A stretch of DNA of 64,000 bases, from contig JBIITO010000001.1 of the NCBI GenBank assembly GCA_044340465.1, forward strand, positions 39 to 64,038, written 5' to 3'. This stretch comes from Crocinitomicaceae bacterium. Lineage in GTDB: Bacteria > Bacteroidota > Bacteroidia > Flavobacteriales_D > Crocinitomicaceae. Made by a program: the position numbers and the translations under genes. Below the pieces are notes generated by a model. It ran no database searches. It worked only from the letters and a program-made list of their open reading frames with translations, and was not told the origin of the DNA. Every line of letters starts with the position of its first letter. The first letter of the stretch is position 1. Shown here in pieces: positions 57,401-64,000 of this stretch.

Positions 57401-58038
57401 AACAAGTTGCGCATGAAATAAAAAATCCGCTTACCCCCATGAAGTTGAGCATTCAGCAACTGCAACGCAGCTACGACCCATCGGACCCGAAAAATGCTAC
57501 TTACTTAAGAAAGGTCACCTCTTCTCTGATCGAACAGATCGAGGCTCTTACAAGAATCGCAAATGAATTTTCGCAATTCGCACAAATGCCGATTCCCAAT
57601 GAAACTGAGGTTGAACTGATCGAACTGATCGAAAATGTTCGATCAGTTTTTGAAGAAACGGCCGAAGGTAAAATCATCTTTGAACATCCGGCAAATGCGG
57701 TAACTATTCAAGCGGATAAGGACCAATTAATTCGTGTCTTTAATAATCTGATCAAAAACGCCCTTCAGTCCAAAACAGATTTACGTCCACTAAGTATCCA
57801 TATTACTCTCACCAAGAACGATGCCGGTGTAGAAGTAAATATTACAGATACAGGAAGCGGGATTGCTGCGGAAGAACAGAAGATGCTTTTTGTGCCGCAT
57901 TTTACCACAAAATCGAGTGGATCTGGACTAGGTTTAGCGATGGTTAAACAAATTATTGAAAACCACAAAGGACAAATTTCTTTCGAATCTGATCCACGAA
58001 AAGGAACAACCTTCAGAATCGTATTACCAAAAAAATAA
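54436..58038 (+). CDS. Large multi-pass membrane sensor histidine kinase (HAMP-HisKA-HATPase), no adjacent response regulator
   Basis: H-box WREMAKQVAHEIKNPLTPM; N box FNNLIKNALQ; G boxes TDTGSGI and GSGLGLAMVK. A HAMP-like segment precedes these, and there are more than 8 hydrophobic helices in the N-terminal 930 aa. The TTG start (overlapping the udk stop) is uncertain. Confidence 0.85.
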   Translation: MRWYRNKWILLVSLAIAGTITSFFINNYDNFPKEVNRFQKEFLEKERNLSLFLKECRSHSNHMARGKRSDSFYYNCYKNDSLIFWNSNDLPVGRFADLHYPANGIIHLQNGWYYSLSRREGNYTHSVSFLIKHDYPYENGELENAFHPDFQLDKYTHILLNVDEGIKISDMKGNYLFSLIATGSREESTSFSQLMLIIYTALAAIWLFLLLNLFINWHSPWRWAIPFFIVGCKVIILEFGPIPLKVGSGALDPAIYGTNKWFPNFFEYLTNILSICTVVLIFEFTLRKSNMSKFAAVLSLIFSALMWVVIRDLCEGLVENSSIPLSIDRLFSLNGYTILAVFSIGALLYVQFRLLLAAISSGLKAQLTIQSIFLLSFAVLLILTGWIGWAENESIVPELGFSLYLLTIVYSATYKTRKTPLGLSVLILVAGTCCANILFLLFNRQRERTVQELYAQKLATEQNIVTELEYPKIASKIVTDPVLTRIKKGDDLGLTSSEFEDGLERRIFNGFWERYELNFFLFDSTGTALMSEGEDLEEDQFQKLNDIIEKHGQLSAIDSHVYFISDHTEQYAYIIRQELKSNTNDKRLLIATLRSKKIPEEIGFPRLLLSGNAEALQYLENYSIAKYHKGRLVINYGFYAFPFRLNTIQSWKEIEKNRRMKNGYLHYILRTETEDVFILSIENPSLLTFISSFSYLFLFFGCFFIHRFFRFKQLPSLKRTLSLAVRIQVIVIGIVLVSLIAFGWGSASFMQRQYVTFSTDMIVDKLRSMNFEVSKKVRYSNGLTLEKNGNFLEATLEKISRVYRADANLYDIHGFMIASSRPKIYKLGLVGDHMNRSALFALQNENRSRFIQQEQIGALEYASAYMPCFNKRGKLLGFLNLQYFGQQRELEEQIEHFLVAIINIFMLLLALSLLSALFISSWLTAPLRLLKENVSRLRLGALNEPIYYSKDDEIGALVTAYNAKLEELEFTASQLAKSERESAWREMAKQVAHEIKNPLTPMKLSIQQLQRSYDPSDPKNATYLRKVTSSLIEQIEALTRIANEFSQFAQMPIPNETEVELIELIENVRSVFEETAEGKIIFEHPANAVTIQADKDQLIRVFNNLIKNALQSKTDLRPLSIHITLTKNDAGVEVNITDTGSGIAAEEQKMLFVPHFTTKSSGSGLGLAMVKQIIENHKGQISFESDPRKGTTFRIVLPKK

Positions 58039-58061
58039 AAGGCCCTTTTTCACGGGCCTTT
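58038..58061. terminator. Hairpin terminator between convergent genes (better T tail on the minus strand)
   Basis: Stem aaaggccc(58038-45)/gggccttt(58054-61), 8-nt loop. The minus-strand reading is followed by TATTTTTTT. Confidence 0.6.
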
Positions 58062-58080
58062 CATCACTTAGGCGCGTTGT

Positions 58081-58371
58081 TTAATTGAAAAGATAAAATA
58101 CAATAAGCAGAATATCTATCAACACGGTGATTGATGCCGATATAAAAATCTGTTTCATAGGGGCCACTGCAAGGAGAAGACTAAGCGTTGCCATTGTCGC
58201 TATGATTACCGCCATCAAGGCCAAGGTGCTTTTAATGGCCCCCATACCTACAGCTATTCCACCAAGACATCCCACCACTGTAATGATGATGCATATAAGT
58301 CCGAAACGGTTAAACTCCATCTCGGAGTAAAACTTTCCTTTAGACTGGTCTGAATTTGAAATTGTTATCAT
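58081..58371 (-). CDS. Small hypothetical membrane protein
   Basis: 96 aa with 2-3 predicted TM helices (LICIIITVVGCLGGIAVGMGAI, LALMAVIIATMATLSLLLAVA, ITVLIDILLIVFYLF). Confidence 0.5.
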   Translation of the reverse strand: MITISNSDQSKGKFYSEMEFNRFGLICIIITVVGCLGGIAVGMGAIKSTLALMAVIIATMATLSLLLAVAPMKQIFISASITVLIDILLIVFYLFN

Positions 58372-58553
58372 GACTACTTGTTTTTTAGCAAAGGTCTTGT
58401 AATTGAAGCGTTTAAATAATGATGGTTTTCACCTAAAATGATGATTGATATCATCAAAAAAGCTGATGAACATCAAGTCCGAAATGCCAATACAGAATCG
58501 ACATGATGGTTATTGCGCAACAAGACATCAAAAAATTGATACTTTTGTCACTC

Positions 58554-59558
58554 ATGGTCGATGATTTAACTCCTAAAATCGCCGTAATTGGTGGCGGAAG
58601 CTGGGCAACTGCACTAGTCAAGATCTTGTGCAATAATTTACCCTCTGTCAATTGGTGGATGAGAAATGAAGGAGCTGTAGCACATATTCTGAAATACAGA
58701 CATAATCCGAATTACTTGCAGTCAGTAGAGTTTGATCTGAACAAGATCAACGTAAGTACTGATCTAGAGGAAATTATTCTTCCAGCCACAATCGTAATTA
58801 TTGCTGCACCTTCGGCCTTTCTCACAAGTATCTTTGAACATTTTCCTAAAGAACTTTTAAAGGATAAGATTATTTTCTCCGCGGTCAAAGGTATCGTTCC
58901 AGAATATAATGCCATTCCCGCTCGATTCATTCACAAAACGTTTGGTACGCCTTACGACAATATAGGTATAATCTGCGGGCCGTGCCATGCCGAAGAAGTT
59001 GCACTCGAGCGGCTATCCTATCTGACTATTGCAGGTCAGAACGAAGTTCGTGCGGAAGCAATGGCTAAACTACTCACATGCAGATATATTAAAACCACCG
59101 TGTCAGATGACCTGTTCGGAACAGAACTTTCAGCTGTATTAAAGAATGTCTATGCGCTCGCATCAGGCATCTGTGCTGGCTTAGGTTACGGTGATAATTT
59201 TCAATCTGTATTGATCGCCAATGCCATACAGGAGATTGAAAATTTCATTGATGAGGTAAGTCCTATTCACCGCGACGTAAAGTCCAGTGCCTATTTGGGA
59301 GATCTATTGGTAACAGCTTATTCCAAGTTTTCCAGAAACCGCACTTTCGGGTTTATGATCGGAAAAGGATATTCGGTAAAAACAGCACAATTGGAAATGG
59401 ATATGATCGCTGAAGGTTATTATGCCACCAAATGTGTGATGGAGATCAATAAGAAGTTTCAGGTCGAGATGCCTATCGTGGAAGCGGTTTTCAATATTCT
59501 GTACGAACGTATTTCACCCGTGATAGAAATGCGGATACTTACGGATAAGCTAAATTAA
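58554..59558 (+). CDS. gpsA: NAD(P)H-dependent glycerol-3-phosphate dehydrogenase
   Basis: Start reset to ATG 58554. Rossmann fold KIAVIGGGSWATALVKIL; KGI, GPCHAEEV, NRTFG. ~335 aa. Confidence 0.9.
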   Translation: MVDDLTPKIAVIGGGSWATALVKILCNNLPSVNWWMRNEGAVAHILKYRHNPNYLQSVEFDLNKINVSTDLEEIILPATIVIIAAPSAFLTSIFEHFPKELLKDKIIFSAVKGIVPEYNAIPARFIHKTFGTPYDNIGIICGPCHAEEVALERLSYLTIAGQNEVRAEAMAKLLTCRYIKTTVSDDLFGTELSAVLKNVYALASGICAGLGYGDNFQSVLIANAIQEIENFIDEVSPIHRDVKSSAYLGDLLVTAYSKFSRNRTFGFMIGKGYSVKTAQLEMDMIAEGYYATKCVMEINKKFQVEMPIVEAVFNILYERISPVIEMRILTDKLN

Positions 59559-59615
59559 ATTTCGTTTAATTTTTTGTAACTCTAAACAGGGATTGATTTC
59601 ATTTGTTCCTTGAAT

Positions 59616-60518
59616 ATGAAGATCTCGGAACAAACCATTCTTATTGCGGGTGGTACAGGCTTGATAGGTCGTACGATGCAACGAACACTAGAACGGCAGC
59701 ATGCAAGTGTGCGTATCCTTACACGAAAACCCAAAGCAAAAAATGAATACTATTGGAATCCCTATAAAAAAGAATTAGATCCGAAGTCACTTGAACAAGT
59801 AACGGTACTGATCAATTTAAGTGGGGCTGGAATTGCCGATGGTCGATGGACAAAAAAGCGTAAAGAGGAATTAGAGCGTTCCCGAGTAGAATCCAATGCC
59901 TTTTTGTACGGATTTATTAACTCAATGCCAGAGCTCAAAAGATTCATCAGCGCTTCAGGTATCAACGCTTACGAACCAAATCAGCAGAGAATTGCAAATG
60001 AAGATGACCCGTTCGGCAAACCTTTTCTCTGTCAACTCACACGCAAATGGGAAGAAAGCGCATTGCCTTTTTCAACGGCTGTTCCTGTTTCGATCATTCG
60101 AACAGCAATCGTGTTGTCAGCAAATGGTGGAGCCTATCCTAAACTTGCAGGAATCACAAAATATTTCCTCGGATCGGGTTTGGGTTCAGGAAAACAACTC
60201 ATTCCCTGGATTCACATCGATGACCTCACCGCAATTTATATGCATACCATCGAAAAAGAGCTAAACGGGCCAATCAATGCAGTAGCAAGCTGTGACACCA
60301 ACAAAGAATTCATGCAAAAGATCGCAGAAAGCCTGAAAAAGCCGTTTTTCCTTCCCAATATTCCTGGATGGATGATGAAGCTTGTCCTTGGTGAAATGTC
60401 GACCATGCTACTTGACGGCGTCAACGCATCAAACCATAAACTGATTGACACCGGATTCAAATTTATCTATCCTGAACTTAGTAAGGCATTCAATCAGTTA
60501 GCCTCTGAATCAAAGTAA
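59616..60518 (+). CDS. TIGR01777-type (YfcH-like) NAD-dependent epimerase/dehydratase family protein
   Basis: Start reset from TTG 59610 to ATG 59616. ILIAGGTGLIGR Rossmann motif; ~300 aa with a DUF1731-like tail. Confidence 0.75.
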   Translation: MKISEQTILIAGGTGLIGRTMQRTLERQHASVRILTRKPKAKNEYYWNPYKKELDPKSLEQVTVLINLSGAGIADGRWTKKRKEELERSRVESNAFLYGFINSMPELKRFISASGINAYEPNQQRIANEDDPFGKPFLCQLTRKWEESALPFSTAVPVSIIRTAIVLSANGGAYPKLAGITKYFLGSGLGSGKQLIPWIHIDDLTAIYMHTIEKELNGPINAVASCDTNKEFMQKIAESLKKPFFLPNIPGWMMKLVLGEMSTMLLDGVNASNHKLIDTGFKFIYPELSKAFNQLASESK

Positions 60519-61835
60519 TTCATTAGCCAGATTCGCTAGTTCAGAACGCTCACCTTTTTCAAGTTTTACATGAGCAAAAAGATCCTGACCCTTCAAGCGA
60601 TCTATCAAATATGCTAGTCCATTACTATTTTCATCCAGATAAGGCGTATCTATCTGATGCACATCTCCTGTAAATACGATCTTGGTATTTTCACCTGCAC
60701 GCGTAATGATTGTTTTCACCTCATGTGGCGTTAGGTTTTGAGCTTCATCGATAATGAACATGATATTTGACAAACTCCGTCCACGAATAAATGCAAGCGG
60801 TGTAATGACGATCCTACCAGCCTGCTCCATTTCCAGAATGGCTTTGTGTTTCTTTTCGTTCTCTCCAAACTGCGATTTGATAAACTTCAGGTTATCCCAC
60901 AGTGGCTCCATGTAGGGGCCTATCTTATCATTGGCATCGCCTGGAAGGAAACCGATATCTTTGTTGGACAGCGGCACGATTGGCCGGGCAAGTATAAACT
61001 GATGGAAAGATTTGCTTTGTTCCAGTGCAGAAGCCAGTGCCAACAACGTTTTTCCCGTTCCAGCAACCCCCTGAAGTGCGACAAGTTTCACATGTGGATT
61101 CATCAGAGCGTGCAAAGCAAATGCTTGCTCGGCATTTTTCGGTTTGATCCCGTAGATGTATTCCTTTTCGATCCGCTCGAGCTGATCCGTTAGATGGTTG
61201 TATCCTGCAAGCGAAGAACTTTTCCCATTTTTCAAGATGTAATAGCCATTGGCGATCTTCTTATTTCCAAGAATACCATCTTCATCTACCTTACCACTAG
61301 TAAAAATATGGCGGATTACTTCTGAGTCTACTCCCTCGATCGTATAAGCAGAAGATTGCTCCAGATGATTATTGTCCACTTTGCCTGTTTCATAATCTTC
61401 AGCTGCAATACCAAGTGCTTTTGCTTTAATGCGAAGGTTAATGTCCTTGGTGACCAAAGTCACTTCCTTTTTGGTTTCATTCTCCTTTAAAAAAAGAGCG
61501 GCGTTAATGATCTTATGGTCATTCTTCCCCACAGAATAAATATATTCTGCATTAACTTCTTTCGGATTTGTTTCTAGAACCACTTTAAAGCTTCCCATTC
61601 CTTTACCGAGCGAGATCCACTCTTGTAAACTACCGCTTACCGAAAGCTTATCAATAAAGCGAATTACTTCTCTTGCCGAAAAGTTCTTGGTATCATTTCC
61701 AATCTTGAATTTATCCAACTCCTCCAAAACAGTAATTGGAATCGCTACATTGGCTGTTTTAAAATTGGTAATTGCCTGGTGATCGTGCAATAGCACTGAT
61801 GTGTCCAATACGAAGATCTTCTGCTTTTTCGCCAT
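60510..61835 (-). CDS. PIN-domain / PhoH-like ATPase (PhoH2, YlaK type)
   Basis: Start reset to MAKKQKIFVLDTSVLLHD (PIN). Walker A GVAGTGKTLLAL, Walker B IIDEAQN, GD..Q.D. Confidence 0.9.
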   Translation of the reverse strand: MAKKQKIFVLDTSVLLHDHQAITNFKTANVAIPITVLEELDKFKIGNDTKNFSAREVIRFIDKLSVSGSLQEWISLGKGMGSFKVVLETNPKEVNAEYIYSVGKNDHKIINAALFLKENETKKEVTLVTKDINLRIKAKALGIAAEDYETGKVDNNHLEQSSAYTIEGVDSEVIRHIFTSGKVDEDGILGNKKIANGYYILKNGKSSSLAGYNHLTDQLERIEKEYIYGIKPKNAEQAFALHALMNPHVKLVALQGVAGTGKTLLALASALEQSKSFHQFILARPIVPLSNKDIGFLPGDANDKIGPYMEPLWDNLKFIKSQFGENEKKHKAILEMEQAGRIVITPLAFIRGRSLSNIMFIIDEAQNLTPHEVKTIITRAGENTKIVFTGDVHQIDTPYLDENSNGLAYLIDRLKGQDLFAHVKLEKGERSELANLANELL

Positions 61836-61923
61836 GTGATTAAATTTGAATGAATGTAGTTTTAATTCATTCATCCAAGTTGAAAAAGCAGAGATAGTTA
61901 TCTACAAAAAGGTGTTAGTCGAA

Positions 61924-63252
61924 TCAGAAGAACTTGCTGCGTCGAATGATCCGGTTGACAGGAATATAGACTGAACCAAAAATTTCATTTATACTTACTG
62001 AATCTATACTAAACTGATAACTGGTTCCCTTGTGCAGCCATATTCCATTATTACAGAGGTATTCTTCTGTTTTGGGGATATAATCACCGCTATAGAAATA
62101 ATAGTACGATCCCTTTTTCTGCATTTTCAAAGGCGGAGAGAAAAGAAAACGTAGTTGATCATTCTCCTGAGTTAATATTCCTTTGGCAAACAATTTATTA
62201 AGTAGCCGACGATCTTTGCCATTGGTAGAGAGCATCAATGAAAAGCCAGGAACCTTGACTTCTTTTTCTTTTTGCACCTCTGTAACATTGAAGTCTTCAT
62301 CTAAAATAGATTCAACATAGGTTTCTTTGATCGTTTGAAATCCACCTTGGCGGAAAGACAAATCACCTTCCCACGCATCCAGGAACTCCTTTGTTGGGAA
62401 ACTCACCCTTTTTCCCAACTTTAACATCCATTGATAAAGTGGGTCATCAGGCGTAGTTCTCAGTTTAGAAATATCCAGATGAAGGTTAAGCATTTTGGAA
62501 ACATAATTTCCTGATCTGAAATTCAAACCCTTTGATTTCATTGAAATATTCAAACGCTTTTCACTTCGCACATATGTCTTCAGTCTAAAGCTGGTAGAAT
62601 CACTGTCATGGGCAAAAAGTGCAGTCTTGACACCATTTTCCTTGAATTTAGACCAATTGGAGAAAATAACAAGTTTCTCGTTTTTGAATTGTTTTTCTGT
62701 TAAGAATGCTTTCCAACTAGGAGTAAGATCACCCCTTTTTGCTTTTGTAACTCTATCGAAAATCTCTTTAAATCCATCTCCTTTGTACATGAGCAAGTAA
62801 TTGTTACTGTAGAAAAGGTGACCTTTTTCCTTCTCCAAATAATAGATCCTGTGATCCTCATGGATGGAATCACTTATGTCATCAAATTTTCTGAGCCGCT
62901 CAATACCCTCCAGGATCTTACTGCTATCACTAACATGTGCCAATGCGCCCCAGTTACCATTTTCATTAGCAAAAATGTAAACTGGATCCTGCAGATTCAA
63001 GCCATACTGCTTTCCTTGACTGAGAATAAATTCGTAGGAAAAAAGATCTCTGAATGGAATCTTATGGTAGTACAACATACCACTTGTTTCGCGAGCAACG
63101 TCCAAAATGTATGCTCGACCTATAAAATCACCATCTGGTAAGCGGTCTTCCAATCGTGGGATCTCCGCTTTACGAAACAGATAAGGCCTCAGGAACAGGA
63201 ACGCCCCCAAACCTGCTGCAAGAAAAAAGATCAAACTGAATTTCTTGAACAT
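61924..63252 (-). CDS. Hypothetical membrane-anchored protein
   Basis: 442-aa ORF with N-terminal TM/signal anchor MFKKFSLIFFLAAGLGAFLFL. No family recognised. Confidence 0.55.
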   Translation of the reverse strand: MFKKFSLIFFLAAGLGAFLFLRPYLFRKAEIPRLEDRLPDGDFIGRAYILDVARETSGMLYYHKIPFRDLFSYEFILSQGKQYGLNLQDPVYIFANENGNWGALAHVSDSSKILEGIERLRKFDDISDSIHEDHRIYYLEKEKGHLFYSNNYLLMYKGDGFKEIFDRVTKAKRGDLTPSWKAFLTEKQFKNEKLVIFSNWSKFKENGVKTALFAHDSDSTSFRLKTYVRSEKRLNISMKSKGLNFRSGNYVSKMLNLHLDISKLRTTPDDPLYQWMLKLGKRVSFPTKEFLDAWEGDLSFRQGGFQTIKETYVESILDEDFNVTEVQKEKEVKVPGFSLMLSTNGKDRRLLNKLFAKGILTQENDQLRFLFSPPLKMQKKGSYYYFYSGDYIPKTEEYLCNNGIWLHKGTSYQFSIDSVSINEIFGSVYIPVNRIIRRSKFF

Positions 63253-63261
63253 GTTCGGAAT

Positions 63262-64000
63262 CTATTTTGACATCACATAAATACTATTCAGAAGATCTAG
63301 CAGATAAGTGCCTGAATTTTCATAGCTTCCTTCGAAATGATAAACAAGATCAAAAATGGTTTTATCCCTAGTTGTTTCTGAAGTGGTAAGCTCCATTCTT
63401 CCTGTTTTTCCGCGCATCGCATCTATGATCTCATTCTGTCTTTCATCGAAGAAATCACGAGGAAACTTGTCGATCGTATGAGCTACATCTATATTTCCGT
63501 ACATGAATCCGCTTTTTCGGCTTTTCTTGCCTTCTCTTCTTCCCATGGCTTCATCACCGTAGCCATTGGTATGATTCCTGGCAAGATCCTCATCATTTGT
63601 AAATATGAACAGGCCGTTGCGATTGATCATGTAAACAGGGGCTGCCTCCAATATGGCATCCTCATAAACCCAATAATTGCCCTCCTTATGAAAACGCGAT
63701 GTAATTCTCGAAAGATGATTCAAGACCTTTTCCGGGATATCGCCTCTTGCTGTTGTGAAACCAAGAGTAAAAACTGGCATGTTCTCTTCCGCCTCCACCT
63801 CTTTCTCAATATATTCAAACGTTTCCTCGTCATAACTGTAAACAATCTTTGTAGTCTTAATCTTCTTAATACCGTTAAATACACCGAACATACTGCCCTT
63901 GTAGGTATTAAACAAGGCATCCTTATTGACGAATTCGTTGAGTAACTCTAGTGTGAGCACATTCGTGGAAACTTGCAGATTACGCTCATCGGAAAGTATG
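63262..64000 (-). CDS. Hypothetical protein, probably 5'-truncated by the right edge of the window
   Basis: The track starts it at GTG 63960, but the frame stays open to 63999 (hand translation ...ILSDERNLQVSTNVLTLELL...). It lies 9 nt upstream of the next gene on the same strand. Confidence 0.5.
   Translation of the reverse strand, partial: ILSDERNLQVSTNVLTLELLNEFVNKDALFNTYKGSMFGVFNGIKKIKTTKIVYSYDEETFEYIEKEVEAEENMPVFTLGFTTARGDIPEKVLNHLSRITSRFHKEGNYWVYEDAILEAAPVYMINRNGLFIFTNDEDLARNHTNGYGDEAMGRREGKKSRKSGFMYGNIDVAHTIDKFPRDFFDERQNEIIDAMRGKTGRMELTTSETTRDKTIFDLVYHFEGSYENSGTYLLDLLNSIYVMSK

Noticed and set aside
63478-63945. 155-aa plus-strand ORF overlapping the last minus-strand gene
   Set aside because: It is fully nested antisense in a longer ORF that continues the same-strand gene string (61924-63252, 9-nt gap). 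Neither has a recognised family, so this is a lower-confidence rejection.
1-64000. Search by eye for tRNA/rRNA genes, CRISPR arrays, integrases/transposases and recognisable defence-system genes
   Set aside because: I found no T-loop/acceptor-like tRNA structure, no regularly spaced direct repeats, and no recombinase, nuclease or methylase motif sets. PIN-PhoH (60510-61835) is a widespread housekeeping-type gene, not evidence for a defence island.

Overview
The window looks like a Bacteroidota chromosome segment. Evidence: many T9SS C-terminal sorting domains, a PorP/SprF gene, b558-type sdhCAB, a FISUMP lipoprotein and a four-helix-bundle (23S IVS-type) gene. I saw no tRNA, rRNA, CRISPR array, transposase or integrase. 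**Left half (1-29.5 kb):** almost entirely minus-strand genes for secreted or cell-surface proteins. (a) A giant PKD/SprB-repeat adhesin-like ORF runs off the left edge and is missing from the supplied ORF track. (b) A second SprB-repeat protein carries a type B T9SS CTD and an internal, compensated double frameshift. (c) A decayed TspO-like gene remnant follows. (d) An 18.5-kb co-directional cluster of 11 genes spans 29526 down to 10970. Its core is a nearly gap-free operon in which a TonB-dependent receptor is flanked by paralogs of a ~250-aa secreted domain I cannot assign to any family. That domain occurs four times in the cluster. The operon is followed by a FISUMP lipoprotein, an OM beta-barrel, a large secreted protein ending in a dockerin-like Ca loop, and three proteins with cohesin-like modules (one also has dockerin-like loops and Ig repeats). 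A PKD protein with a type B CTD sits next to its PorP/SprF partner at the end. This cluster is my best candidate for an undescribed system: a T9SS-dependent, SusD-less uptake or surface-assembly locus. **Right half (29.7-64 kb):** housekeeping genes. These are mnmE; a phosphate island (DUF47 x2, OprO/P-like porin, PiT transporter, with 11-bp-phased GTTAA direct repeats in the divergent promoter); Tat-signal pirin; tadA; LD-carboxypeptidase; sdhC-sdhA-[four-helix-bundle insert flanked by a 9-bp inverted repeat]-sdhB; sucA-sucB; hemW; a VanZ-like gene; an aldehyde dehydrogenase; a T9SS S1 protease; udk; a 1200-aa orphan sensor kinase; gpsA; a yfcH-like gene; PIN-PhoH; and two hypothetical genes, the last running off the right edge. 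Many ORF-track starts are TTG/GTG extensions. I re-set starts to the ATG that precedes a signal peptide or conserved N-terminus wherever the sequence shows one. All family calls rest on motif recognition by eye; no database search was run.
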